Part shown: positions 29,306-39,480 of the stretch, piece by piece
Numbering within the stretch: the first letter of the stretch is position 1
Layout: each line of letters starts with the position of its first letter
The notes under the pieces: generated by a model
The model's database searches: none
What the model saw: only the letters and a program-made list of their open reading frames with translations
What the model was told of the DNA's origin: nothing
Program-made: the position numbers and the translations under genes
IMG/VR virus record: IMGVR_UViG_3300028048_001599
Length of the DNA stretch: 64,000 nt
Direction: 5' to 3' (one strand)
DNA from: a virus
Lineage: Duplodnaviria; Heunggongvirae; Uroviricota; Caudoviricetes

Positions 29306-29569
29306 ATGAAACATAAAGAAAACATAGATTTAGTATTGCAGACTGTAGCTAATGATATGACATGTGAGTTAATTAATGATATACTAAATTATTACAATTG
29401 TACATTTGATGATGTTGATAGACTTTTCAGGAAAATGGACTACTGGAAGGTTATAAATGATGATAAAGTTATGTGTGTTATGGCACACGACTATAATTTT
29501 GAAAGATTTAGGAAGGACTTGGAAAGGATAGGTGCTATAAATGAACTTATATCACGGGACAATCTATAA
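29306..29569 (+). CDS. DUF3791-like small helical protein (putative antitoxin partner)
   Basis: RBS GAGG; helical pattern ending AHDYNFERFRKDL; overlaps a DUF3990-like gene. Confidence 0.5.
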   Translation: MKHKENIDLVLQTVANDMTCELINDILNYYNCTFDDVDRLFRKMDYWKVINDDKVMCVMAHDYNFERFRKDLERIGAINELISRDNL

Positions 29570-29696
29570 ATTCAAACAGTTTGACATAGGGTTCGCAGAG
29601 GAATACAAGGATTTTGGGCTTGGTATGTATTTAGCTACTCAGTTAGGACATGCTAGGTGGTATGCGAATCGCATGGGAGTTACGTTTGGAATATGA
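29541..29696 (+). pseudogene. Truncated DUF3990-like (ADP-ribosyltransferase-fold) gene
   Basis: Translates as MNLYHGT...KDFGLGMYLAT...HARWYA and stops after 51 aa; LYHG..DFG.G.Y is the DUF3990 N-terminal signature. Confidence 0.6.
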
Positions 29697-29917
29697 CCAT
29701 AGCCCTAAGTGGTTCATGTCGCCGTTTGATATGTAATCACTGCATAACCAATCAAACAAATCAAAGAACGAGCCATCAACAATAACATTGGTGGCTCTTC
29801 TTTATTACATCAAAATCAAATCAGGTACTATGTTCTATAATATATAAATGAATAATGGGATAATTTTGTCATCGTATAGCATTATTCATAAATTGAAACA
29901 AAGAAAGGGGCAACAAA

Positions 29918-31768
29918 ATGATAAAGTTAAAACAGACAATCACAGCTTGTCTACTATCGGCAATATTGGTATCTGCTATTGCCCTACCTGCATTTGCAGT
30001 GGACGAATCAGTAGACCAAACTCCGGTGGTAGTTGACGAGCAAGTAGAGAAAAACAGTGATACAGGGGGTACACAGGACAGTGAGGTTCCTGTTGATACA
30101 CCCGCAGACGAACCGGTAGATACGCCTGCTGACGAACCCACAGACGAGCCAACAGATAAATCTGTTGACGAATCTTCACAAACATCAGAAAAATCAGAAA
30201 TATCTGTAGTTTCCGATACACCTACAGATGAATCTGAAGACACATCGTCAACACCCGAATCAAAGCAGGAATCACAGGAAGAGGACAGCAAGGAAGAATC
30301 TGAGGTTTCAGAGGAATCCTCAAAACAAGAGATAAATACAGGTGAACAACTAATCTATTTTTACATAGATTTAGGCGGTGAATACGGAAAATGTTCATGG
30401 AGTAAGGATTTAGGTTATTTAACTTTTGCAAATGTGAAATGTACAGTATATAAGTCTGATGGTAAGACACAAATAGCTTCATTCAAGCTTGAAGATAGGT
30501 TATTTGACAGTACAGTAGACAATCGTTATACAATATCACGAAGCGTAAAGGTTCCTGAATGGAAAAAAGGTACTTATTATATTTTAAGATTTGAGAATCT
30601 ACCTTCGATTTATCCAAGTTCCACACAGGAGATTAAGTTGGTATATAAATCCGATGAAGTAGGTATGCCTTTAGGTACTTCTGAAGAAGATAGTATGTTA
30701 TTAAAGTTGATACCAAATAATTTCAACTCTTTGTTTTATGTATACGATAAAAATGGTACGCCTATTTATAATGCAAAGGTTGATGTCAAGGGTTATGATG
30801 ATGATGGTAATTTAGTTTACTCGAAGTCAACGACATCTAAAAAAGACGGGGTAGCATCTTTATTTATAAATAATTCTGATGTTGGTATCTTAAAAATTTC
30901 TGTACCTTCAATATTAAACAAGTCCGTTGTAACTGGTACAGTTCAAGGATTTTTTAATTTTGCAGCAAATACTTCTGAATATCCTAGTGTTACGGTTTTA
31001 AAGGCTGATGCTAATTATGATGGAAAAATAAGAACTGCTGATGGTACAGTAGTTCAAGAAGGCTGTTCAGTACCATTCACAGTTGAATACAAGTCAGCGA
31101 ATGATATGCTTCTATTTAAGCATACAACAGTAAACGTAAGTCTATATGACAGAACTTCCGCATTTAACAGTATTGTTTTATCACCTGAAAATAAGACAGA
31201 GGAATTTTCCTTAGCCGAGGGTTCAAAATATACTGTAAAGGCACTGAATATTCCTGATTATTCATTGTCAGTTTCACCTACAACATTGACAGTTTCAAAG
31301 AGTGCAAAAGTAACTGTAACAGCAACACCTCAAATGTCATTAAAAGTAATAAATGAAAGGAATGGGGTAAAGAACAATGCACATTTTGAAATTTTAGGTT
31401 ATGGTAAACAATTTAATGAGCAAGCACATGTTTTTTCAGTTAATTATGACCAGGGTTTATCAATTAAAAACCTTGATAACGGTGAAGTATTTGAATTATT
31501 TATAGGTGCATATAAAGAAACAGTACTTAACATAGCTGATTGGACAGTACAGCAAAATGGTTTCATTAAAATAGATTATTCCGAAGACACTCCAAACACA
31601 TCGTCATCTGCTGGTTACACAGATTCAAATGTAATCACAACGGTGCCGAAGACAGGTGATACAATCTTGGGGGTAGGTTTAGCTCTATGTGGTTTAACTA
31701 TTTTGTCTTTCACAGGTTATCAATACTATAAGAGAAAGGGGAAAAAGTACAATGAGAGTAAGAAATAA
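29918..31768 (+). CDS. Sortase-anchored surface protein
   Basis: Signal peptide (…LPAFA), acidic PxD repeats, C-terminal VPKTG + TM helix + KRKGKK. Confidence 0.85.
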   Translation: MIKLKQTITACLLSAILVSAIALPAFAVDESVDQTPVVVDEQVEKNSDTGGTQDSEVPVDTPADEPVDTPADEPTDEPTDKSVDESSQTSEKSEISVVSDTPTDESEDTSSTPESKQESQEEDSKEESEVSEESSKQEINTGEQLIYFYIDLGGEYGKCSWSKDLGYLTFANVKCTVYKSDGKTQIASFKLEDRLFDSTVDNRYTISRSVKVPEWKKGTYYILRFENLPSIYPSSTQEIKLVYKSDEVGMPLGTSEEDSMLLKLIPNNFNSLFYVYDKNGTPIYNAKVDVKGYDDDGNLVYSKSTTSKKDGVASLFINNSDVGILKISVPSILNKSVVTGTVQGFFNFAANTSEYPSVTVLKADANYDGKIRTADGTVVQEGCSVPFTVEYKSANDMLLFKHTTVNVSLYDRTSAFNSIVLSPENKTEEFSLAEGSKYTVKALNIPDYSLSVSPTTLTVSKSAKVTVTATPQMSLKVINERNGVKNNAHFEILGYGKQFNEQAHVFSVNYDQGLSIKNLDNGEVFELFIGAYKETVLNIADWTVQQNGFIKIDYSEDTPNTSSSAGYTDSNVITTVPKTGDTILGVGLALCGLTILSFTGYQYYKRKGKKYNESKK

Positions 31769-34700
31769 CATTTTCAAAAGGGTACTTTCATCTATTCTTG
31801 CACTAACAATGATAGTTGCAATAGCACCTATAGACTTGACAGTACTTGCTGCGTCAGGTGGTTCAGGTAATGCAGGATCAAGTTCTGGTGGTGCAGGTAA
31901 ATATTGGTTACAAGATGGTTATGACATAATAAAAATTTCTGTTTCAAAAATAGATGATGATTCATCAATTAAGAATATGACAAGTCTAAACTATAGATAC
32001 GGTAGTAATACTTTAAGAGGTTATCCAATATACATGCAAACAGGAGGTAATTGTGGGCATAGTACGGCATATTCTTGTGCTGGTTTCAGTAATACTGAAA
32101 AGGCTAAAAATATAGGTTATTTGAAGGCTGAAGCTAAAAACCAGAAGGACAAAAATAAGTATGTACGTTCGATGCAATACGAGATGCTTGATGGTTCTAC
32201 TGTGGTAAAGTATAGCCCGGGTGGTGGTAAAAGTAGTACAATTTATTTGGAGGATTGTTTATCACAAGTTGTATCAGAGTTAGATTCCGGTGCATTAACT
32301 CAATTTGATGCTATAGCCTTTTGGTATTTTTATACAAGAATGGCATTAGGTGTTGCGAGAGATAAAGTAAACTTAGGTGGTACAAGTACTGGTAATAGTG
32401 ATTTGGGTGATGCAATGAATGATGTAATAACAAATGGATATAAAAACCAAAACCATGGTTATCAGGGAGACCAACTAAAACATGAAAAAATGTTACAACA
32501 TGGTTATGTCGTAGCTTTGGCATGCATATATGGTCATAAATCTGTACCTGTAAAAAGTATTACAGGTTCAGAATTTAAGAAAGTAAGTAATTATTCTGAT
32601 TTGGACATATCCTGGAAGGACGACCTCACTTCTATAGTCATTGATCGTATGGAAGGTTTATGTATAGATTATAAAATTAAAGAAAATGGCATGAATAAAA
32701 CAACTTCGGGGTATGTTGCATTTACAGTGCAAGATTTTTTGGCATTGTATCAGAAAGTAGAAACCTTATTAGATAATGATAACACGGCTAAAGAATATAT
32801 GACTTCTACGGTTAAGCATATAAACTTAACTAGTGGAAATAGCGGTTCGTTAGGTTGGGTAGCCGGTAAGTCAAAAGATAGAGGAAATAATATGGGTCTT
32901 GTACGTATGATAGACTATATATACCCTGTTAGAACTAATGGCAATCAGATAAAAGAACATGCTAAAAGGTTGAATAATGACGGTAGTTACACAGAAGGCG
33001 ATTACCGAGTATTCGGAGGCTGGGGTTACTACCCATTTAAAGCAGAACCTGAGGAAGAAAAATACAAACAAATAAGTGTTGCTGCACCAGATAAAACACA
33101 GATAGCCACGGAAATTACTTATAATGCTTATTTAAGTGACTCAGATAAGTTTGATGCAGGTAACACATCAACATCTAACTCATTGGCAGAACGTGAAAGT
33201 ATGGGTGCTAACTCACACGTAATGACTGACACAGTATACATGTCTGATGTTGTTGACTTATATAAAATTCTTGGCAATGATATAGACATTAATAAAAACA
33301 AGGCATACCTACTAACTATAGTTAATAAGTCAATAAAATTATCTGCGCCCACAAAAAACACTACTTACAACTTAGCAAGATTACAATACCAGATTACAAG
33401 TGCAAACGGTGAGTATTCATCAACAGGTATGGGTACTGACAAGAGTAGTACTAGAACATTAATGCCAAAAAATGCTCCCTATACTGCGAATGACACACAG
33501 CTACGTAATGGTAGTATTGCAGTAAAAGGTTCAGACATACTTTACGCACTCGGTCGAGGTAATGAAGTTAGTTCAGATTACGCAGAACACTGGGTAAATG
33601 GTTTATGGCATCCGGCTGAGTTTAGACTTCGTAAGCGTATAAATAAAACAAATGATGGACTTAAAGAAGGTTATTATAACGTAGCAAAAGGTAAGACTTA
33701 TTATACTGCTAAAAAAAGTTCAGATGGTTCTGCACAGATTGTATCACATACAGCTACCAAGGATGACCAGAAGGTTTATTACCAAATTGCATATTATTCC
33801 AATGGAAAATTCTACTTATATCCAAATAATACTAATAATAACAATGTAAAAAATTCAGGATATAAGGGTGGTAAAACAACTGATGATGCATTGTACACTA
33901 CAGCTAACAGTACTAATTGGGCAAAAGATAACGGACATTGGGGTACTTTTAATGTTGATGATACTTCTATTTATTCCGAGAATGTTGGTTATGTTCTTAT
34001 AAACGGAAAATGGGAGCCATTTGTGTTTGAAAAGGATGGTAGTACTGTAAAATGTTATTATTGCCCTGTTGTGTGCTGCACTAACTTGTTAGTTCAAATC
34101 AAAGCAGATTACTTAGCAACATTTGCAGAAAAACTAAGTAATGGTAATGATAATCCAAATTATAAAAATACTTTCCAATCAGTGCCTATAAAGTCTTATT
34201 TACTGGCACAAAATCATAATACTGATAACTTTGTTCAAAATGGTAAAACATTATATTCTATGTTAGACTTGTATTGTAACAATACTTGGGGTACATTGGT
34301 TTCACGTAACTTCTCTATTCAAAATAATTCAGGTTCTATTGTAAAATTACCTGACAATTCATCGGAAAACTCAGTAGAAAGGTATGAAACAGGTAAGGGT
34401 GCATATAAAGACTGGTTAGCACATAAAACTAGCGATAATACATGGGTAACTGCTTCTACGAATAATTTACTTGGCTCAGATTTGTTAAAATTAAGTTATG
34501 TTTCTGCTATAGATAAGACAAGACCTATTTATGCTGAGACAACTGCTGGTTGTTCTACCTATGTAAATACACAGTTAGCTACAAAAATGAGGATTTATAA
34601 TGCATCTAACGTTAAACAAGGTAGTGACAAAACTGTTTATAAGACTTCTAATTTGTTGTGGACAAAGCAAAATGCAGCATCCACGAGTGATGAAAACCGT

Positions 34701-36902
34701 TTTGACTCTATACTGTGGGCGGCTAACGACGAAATAGCACCTGCGGAAGGTGCTATGTATATGGGTGGTAAAGTAAACTATGCAAACTTAACGTCTAATG
34801 CTAGTGATACTGGTATAATTTATACTAGCGACATATCTGCTGATGTACCCAGGTATTTTGGTTTAGAAAATCGGTATATAGAAAACTACTTTACAAAGAT
34901 GTTAGTTCACTATAATGCTATAGTCTACCAATCAAAAGCAGGTACTTCTGCAGCTCCTGTATTAGCATTATGGGTTGGTTCATCAAAAGCTGGTTTTACA
35001 AGTAGTTATTTACCAAACTCCAGTAAGATGACTAGTACTGGTAACACACCAGTGAATAAGGGCTTTGTTCGTTTTGGTGAGGTTGGTATAAAAAGTATCA
35101 ATGGTACATCAAATATTGAATATAATAAGTATCATTATAAATCACTTGTAAATAATAGAGGGACAAATGGTGTATCTATAGAAAACATTGAGTCAAATAC
35201 AAATGTTTCTAAGTCAGTACTTGGTAGTGGTTTTGACGGTAGAGATTACACATTTGCAGAACCTGTAACACAAAGTGGTTACGACGTTCCACTGAAGTTA
35301 GACTTGAATGTATATAGTACAATAGACAAGGGCAAAGCATCCTACGATACTACATATACCTATGATAGTTCTAATAAGGTTATAACACAGACATATCAGT
35401 ATAAGAATACCACAACTGGTATAGCTTCTGGAGACTTACAAAGAGATAGCAATAATAACGTATATTTAGGGCTTTATCCTGAAGTTGTTATGTGGTCAGA
35501 GAATGATAGAAGTAACGGTGCATCTCTTGCATACACTTCTTCAATAGCTGTTGGTGAAGAAAAACGTTACATTCCTGCAATGACATATACTAAGGCAGAG
35601 TTTAATGAAGGTTCAATCACCGCAAGAGTAACAGGTACAGCTGTAGCTTTTGACACAAGAGCGAAAGCACTTGCAGCACGTTTAGGTTCAGCATCAGCAA
35701 ACACTCAGGTACTCTACAGTGGTTCAGCATTAAAGATGGCTTTCAAAGCAGATACAGCAGGTAAATTAACTGCTTACTCACTTAAATTCAACGGTCGTGT
35801 ATCTAACACGATAGTAGACGATTGGGGTAACTCAGCATACAGTGCAAGTCTTGCAGCTACCGCAGCTATGTCAAAATTGGCAGGCAACCTTGAGGGTTCA
35901 ATTAACAAGAAATTAGGTATTTATAATGGTTCTGCCCTCAAAGTAATAAATATGAATAGTTCAAGTTCCGCAAAAGCACTTACAGTATCATCACCAACAT
36001 ATACGAGTAATTATTACAATTTAATAATTCGTAATGGTCAGGTAACTGAGGTACAGCAACGCAAGTCATTAAGTGATGGTAATTATAGTGAACAAGGTAC
36101 ATACACTATATCACACAACAGAACCAATGCAGCTGGTAACTTAAGTTATGAGAATACTCAGGGTATAACTCGTATAACACTTACTCATAATAATACATCA
36201 TTCTATCTAAACTTCGACTCAAATGGTGCATTTGTAAATAATGCACATTTATCATACCCGTTAAATGACACAACTAAGGATAAAATCAATAAGATATTAA
36301 AAGTTTATGAAATACTCTCAGGTATGCGTTTATTAACTGTGGATGAACGAGAAGTATCAGAATCCAAGCGTTCTGTATTAAATGCTTGTTTTAACAATGG
36401 TGCAGAGAGTGCAGGTGTTACTACAAATACTGCTGAAAAATTACCTGATAATAATGCTTTCCAAACATGGATAAATGGACATAATGCCACATACAATAAT
36501 CGTTATACTAAGAGTGGTAACTCATACTTTGAGGATACATCCGTACTTCAGGTTATAGAGTACACTGCTGACCTTTCTATCAAGGATAGCAGCACAGCAA
36601 CAGAACAACTACCACTCACACTTGGACCTGAAACACCTAGTGATAAGAACAAATACTTCTCTAATGGTTACAAAGGTTTCGTAATGGCATCTCTTGAAAT
36701 CAAAGGTAAGAGCACAGCACCCGCAAGTATTAAAGACAAAGTTGTAGCTAAGGCATCAACAAAGCATACAGATAAAAATAATTCAAGTACAAAGTATGAC
36801 TTGACCTCAGGTACTCAGGCACAAAAGAACTCTTGGGCTTCAAGTGCAATCCCAGACTTCATCATAGCTGACGTAACAATAAACGAGGCAACAACATACT
36901 AA
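31752..36902 (+). CDS. Very large secreted protein (1716 aa)
   Basis: Signal peptide (KRVLSSILALTMIVAIAP..VLA), Gly-rich N-terminus; overlaps the upstream gene. Confidence 0.8.
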   Translation: MRVRNNIFKRVLSSILALTMIVAIAPIDLTVLAASGGSGNAGSSSGGAGKYWLQDGYDIIKISVSKIDDDSSIKNMTSLNYRYGSNTLRGYPIYMQTGGNCGHSTAYSCAGFSNTEKAKNIGYLKAEAKNQKDKNKYVRSMQYEMLDGSTVVKYSPGGGKSSTIYLEDCLSQVVSELDSGALTQFDAIAFWYFYTRMALGVARDKVNLGGTSTGNSDLGDAMNDVITNGYKNQNHGYQGDQLKHEKMLQHGYVVALACIYGHKSVPVKSITGSEFKKVSNYSDLDISWKDDLTSIVIDRMEGLCIDYKIKENGMNKTTSGYVAFTVQDFLALYQKVETLLDNDNTAKEYMTSTVKHINLTSGNSGSLGWVAGKSKDRGNNMGLVRMIDYIYPVRTNGNQIKEHAKRLNNDGSYTEGDYRVFGGWGYYPFKAEPEEEKYKQISVAAPDKTQIATEITYNAYLSDSDKFDAGNTSTSNSLAERESMGANSHVMTDTVYMSDVVDLYKILGNDIDINKNKAYLLTIVNKSIKLSAPTKNTTYNLARLQYQITSANGEYSSTGMGTDKSSTRTLMPKNAPYTANDTQLRNGSIAVKGSDILYALGRGNEVSSDYAEHWVNGLWHPAEFRLRKRINKTNDGLKEGYYNVAKGKTYYTAKKSSDGSAQIVSHTATKDDQKVYYQIAYYSNGKFYLYPNNTNNNNVKNSGYKGGKTTDDALYTTANSTNWAKDNGHWGTFNVDDTSIYSENVGYVLINGKWEPFVFEKDGSTVKCYYCPVVCCTNLLVQIKADYLATFAEKLSNGNDNPNYKNTFQSVPIKSYLLAQNHNTDNFVQNGKTLYSMLDLYCNNTWGTLVSRNFSIQNNSGSIVKLPDNSSENSVERYETGKGAYKDWLAHKTSDNTWVTASTNNLLGSDLLKLSYVSAIDKTRPIYAETTAGCSTYVNTQLATKMRIYNASNVKQGSDKTVYKTSNLLWTKQNAASTSDENRFDSILWAANDEIAPAEGAMYMGGKVNYANLTSNASDTGIIYTSDISADVPRYFGLENRYIENYFTKMLVHYNAIVYQSKAGTSAAPVLALWVGSSKAGFTSSYLPNSSKMTSTGNTPVNKGFVRFGEVGIKSINGTSNIEYNKYHYKSLVNNRGTNGVSIENIESNTNVSKSVLGSGFDGRDYTFAEPVTQSGYDVPLKLDLNVYSTIDKGKASYDTTYTYDSSNKVITQTYQYKNTTTGIASGDLQRDSNNNVYLGLYPEVVMWSENDRSNGASLAYTSSIAVGEEKRYIPAMTYTKAEFNEGSITARVTGTAVAFDTRAKALAARLGSASANTQVLYSGSALKMAFKADTAGKLTAYSLKFNGRVSNTIVDDWGNSAYSASLAATAAMSKLAGNLEGSINKKLGIYNGSALKVINMNSSSSAKALTVSSPTYTSNYYNLIIRNGQVTEVQQRKSLSDGNYSEQGTYTISHNRTNAAGNLSYENTQGITRITLTHNNTSFYLNFDSNGAFVNNAHLSYPLNDTTKDKINKILKVYEILSGMRLLTVDEREVSESKRSVLNACFNNGAESAGVTTNTAEKLPDNNAFQTWINGHNATYNNRYTKSGNSYFEDTSVLQVIEYTADLSIKDSSTATEQLPLTLGPETPSDKNKYFSNGYKGFVMASLEIKGKSTAPASIKDKVVAKASTKHTDKNNSSTKYDLTSGTQAQKNSWASSAIPDFIIADVTINEATTY

Positions 36903-36925
36903 CGAAATGCATCACATTTCATTAA

Positions 36926-36963
36926 AGGTAGCACCCTACATTGTAGGGTGCTCCTTAATTTTT
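36926..36963 (+). terminator. Rho-independent terminator
   Basis: AGCACCCTACA-T-TGTAGGGTGCT stem followed by a T-rich tract. Confidence 0.75.
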
Positions 36964-36995
36964 ACATAAACCACTGTAGTTTATAATAAGTAGAG

Positions 36996-37211
36996 GTGAT
37001 AAAGATGTTTCATCTATTAGAAATAGCAATAGGGGTAGCCACATGTTTGATAATAGTAGTACTAGTATCGTTCATTTCAGTGCTATGTATAAAGCGTATT
37101 GACAACAAACTTGGTGACAACTTCATTCAGCAAAACCAAAGCGATAATGGTGTGCCTATTGACACAAAGTATTTAAAAATAACAAACAGTAAAGAGGATG
37201 ATAAATTATAG
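36996..37211 (+). CDS. Small single-TM protein
   Basis: RBS GAGGTG; N-terminal hydrophobic helix. Confidence 0.6.
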   Translation: MIKMFHLLEIAIGVATCLIIVVLVSFISVLCIKRIDNKLGDNFIQQNQSDNGVPIDTKYLKITNSKEDDKL

Positions 37212-37421
37212 GTAGTAATAATATCACCTATGAACTTATTGAAATACAAGAAGTCTGGTGAAAAAGTAGTCAATGCAGTTGTTGCAAACAATGGGACTGG
37301 CTATATTATACGTTCAACTTCCACCAGACCCTTCAGAACAATTTAGCTATATGTAATAAATTTTCAACACTTTATCAGATAATTCAAAGATATGAAAAAT
37401 CTGTAGATAAGGAGTGTTAAA

Positions 37422-39221
37422 ATGCAGTGGTGGAAAGACTTAATAAAGTGGTGTAAAGAGCACTGGAAGTTAGTGTTAATAACAACAATAGGGGTAGTCG
37501 CAGCCTATCTTGTCATATTCTTTTGTTTCTTTTACGATAGCACAGAGATTAAGGAAGTGTCATACAATCAGTTTTTAGATTATGTAGAAACTGGAGCTGT
37601 TGACACAGTCTATTATAATAAGAACGTGGAGTATATAACCTTTACAATGTATAATGACGATACAAGGGGGTTATCCAAAGAGGAACGAAAGGATTATAAT
37701 TACAAAAATGAGGATAAGCGTAAGGTATTAAATCCCAACAAAGACACGTTCCGTGAGGACATGCTGTTAAAGGATGTAAACATTGTGAAGACCGATGACA
37801 ACAAGGAACTCATTTCAGCAATTCTGAGTCTTATAACGACAATTGCTATATACATTATAATAATCAAATTAATGATGAGCATAATGGTACCAGGTAGCAA
37901 CATTAATGAAAAAGACATGATACAGAAAACCGATGTCACCTTTGATGATATCATAGGACATGATGAAATCATAAATGACGTCAAATTTATCACGGAATTA
38001 ATCAAGCACCCTGAGAAGGGTGAGAAAATAGGTGCTAAATTGCCACACGGTATCTTATTAGAAGGACCTCCTGGTACTGGTAAGACACTAATAGCAAAAG
38101 CAATTGCACATGAGGCTGATGTACCGTTCATAAATCAAAATGCATCTGGGTTCATTGAGATGTATGTAGGTCTTGGTGCAAAACGTGTAAGGAGTTTGTT
38201 TAAACTTGCAAAGAAAAAAGCACCATGTATCATATTCATCGATGAAATCGATGCAATAGGGGTAGCCCGTGACTCAAAGAATAGTCACAGTGAAAATGAG
38301 CAAACGATAAACGCACTGCTTCAAGAAATGGACGGTTTTGGAACTGCCGATAACATATTTGTAATCGCAGCTACAAATAGAGCTGACGCACTGGATAAAG
38401 CACTTGTTAGGTCAGGTAGATTTGACCGAAGGATAGTTGTTAATCCACCGAGGGATTGGACAGTAAGACGTGACTTGTTTAATCATTACCTTGATAAATA
38501 TAAGGTTGCCGATGATTTGGATATTGATACATTGGCAAAGCAAACATCAGGGTTCACAGGTGCTGATATAGCGATGGTATGTAACGAGGCAAGTATAATA
38601 GCTGTAATGGCAGATAGTGAGGTCATCAATAAGGACGACTTAGAGAGTGCTATTGATAGGAAGATATTCAGGGGTAACCGTTCAAAGGCTGAGACAGACA
38701 CGTCAGATAGGCAAATAGTAGCATATCATGAGGCTGGTCACGCAGTAATGACATGGTTACTTGGTAGACCAATAGCACGTGCAAGTATTCAATCAACAAC
38801 AAGTGGGGTAGGCGGAGCTGTATTCAGAGAAGACACGACATCGAAGTTTACTTCTAATAAAGACTTGAGAGAACTGGTAATGATAGCTTACGCAGGTAGA
38901 GCTTCCGAGGACATCAAGTTCAAATCTCTGTCTGACGGTGCAAGTAATGATATTACAAAGGCAACTGAGATGATGACAGAGTATATTGAGCGTCTTGGGT
39001 TTGATGATGATTTTGGTCTACTGGACATGGGGGTACTCAGCAGAGAACACTTGTTAGACAGCAAAGACATAACTAAAAAATTATCACAGATGTCTAAGGA
39101 ATTGTACACTGAGTGTAAGCAAAAGCTAAACGATAACTATGGTAAGGTCGAGACATTGGCTCAAAGTTTACTTGATTGTAACACATTAAGTGGTGACGAA
39201 ATAGATAAATTACTACAATAA
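37422..39221 (+). CDS. ftsH: ATP-dependent zinc metalloprotease FtsH
   Basis: Two TM helices, Walker A GPPGTGKT, pore motif FIEMYVG, Walker B IFIDEID, SRH ATNR..LDKALVRSGRFDR, HEAGH zinc motif, GASND. Confidence 0.95.
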   Translation: MQWWKDLIKWCKEHWKLVLITTIGVVAAYLVIFFCFFYDSTEIKEVSYNQFLDYVETGAVDTVYYNKNVEYITFTMYNDDTRGLSKEERKDYNYKNEDKRKVLNPNKDTFREDMLLKDVNIVKTDDNKELISAILSLITTIAIYIIIIKLMMSIMVPGSNINEKDMIQKTDVTFDDIIGHDEIINDVKFITELIKHPEKGEKIGAKLPHGILLEGPPGTGKTLIAKAIAHEADVPFINQNASGFIEMYVGLGAKRVRSLFKLAKKKAPCIIFIDEIDAIGVARDSKNSHSENEQTINALLQEMDGFGTADNIFVIAATNRADALDKALVRSGRFDRRIVVNPPRDWTVRRDLFNHYLDKYKVADDLDIDTLAKQTSGFTGADIAMVCNEASIIAVMADSEVINKDDLESAIDRKIFRGNRSKAETDTSDRQIVAYHEAGHAVMTWLLGRPIARASIQSTTSGVGGAVFREDTTSKFTSNKDLRELVMIAYAGRASEDIKFKSLSDGASNDITKATEMMTEYIERLGFDDDFGLLDMGVLSREHLLDSKDITKKLSQMSKELYTECKQKLNDNYGKVETLAQSLLDCNTLSGDEIDKLLQ

Positions 39222-39232
39222 TCATCAGTAAT

Positions 39233-39263
39233 AGACCGTCCTTAAATATTTAAGGACGGTTTT
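39233..39263 (+). terminator. Rho-independent terminator after ftsH
   Basis: ACCGTCCTTAAA-TA-TTTAAGGACGGT followed by TTT. Confidence 0.8.
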
Positions 39264-39275
39264 AAATTTAGTTAG

Positions 39276-39313
39276 CACATGGTATTGACATTTTAAGAAA
39301 AATATGGTATAAT
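39276..39313 (+). promoter_or_regulatory. Consensus sigma-A promoter (element-wide promoter family)
   Basis: CACATGGTA-TTGACA-17-TATAAT with extended -10 TG. Confidence 0.85.
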
Positions 39314-39329
39314 TATATGTAATAATGGG

Positions 39330-39450
39330 TAAAATAGAGGGGTATAGCTCGATTTTACGCCTGTGAAGTTAATAGGTTACGAGAACGATGACGTAGGAAG
39401 TTCATTGGCTTTAGACAATGTGTAGTTCACATAGTAGCTATTGTGAGCGT
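39330..39450 (+). ncRNA. Orphan IS200/IS605-type omegaRNA-like scaffold with putative guide; no adjacent tnpB
   Basis: Order TTTACGCCTGTG...GGTTACGAG..CGATGA.GTAGGAAG..CATTGGCTTTAGACAATG.GTAGTTCAC matches the recalled IS605 right-end/omegaRNA pattern; lies directly behind a promoter. Confidence 0.6.
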
Positions 39451-39480
39451 TATAATCAAAATCAAAGAAGGTGATACATA

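Noticed and set aside
29655-29745. Another omegaRNA-like remnant truncating the DUF3990-like gene (GGGAGTTACGTTTGG...TAATCAC)
   Set aside because: Only vague similarity and no convincing terminal hairpin; would need a covariance-model search.
39431-39450. In-window target for the orphan omegaRNA guide
   Set aside because: The best matches seen by eye are about 10 nt (near 272 and 3779), which is not significant.
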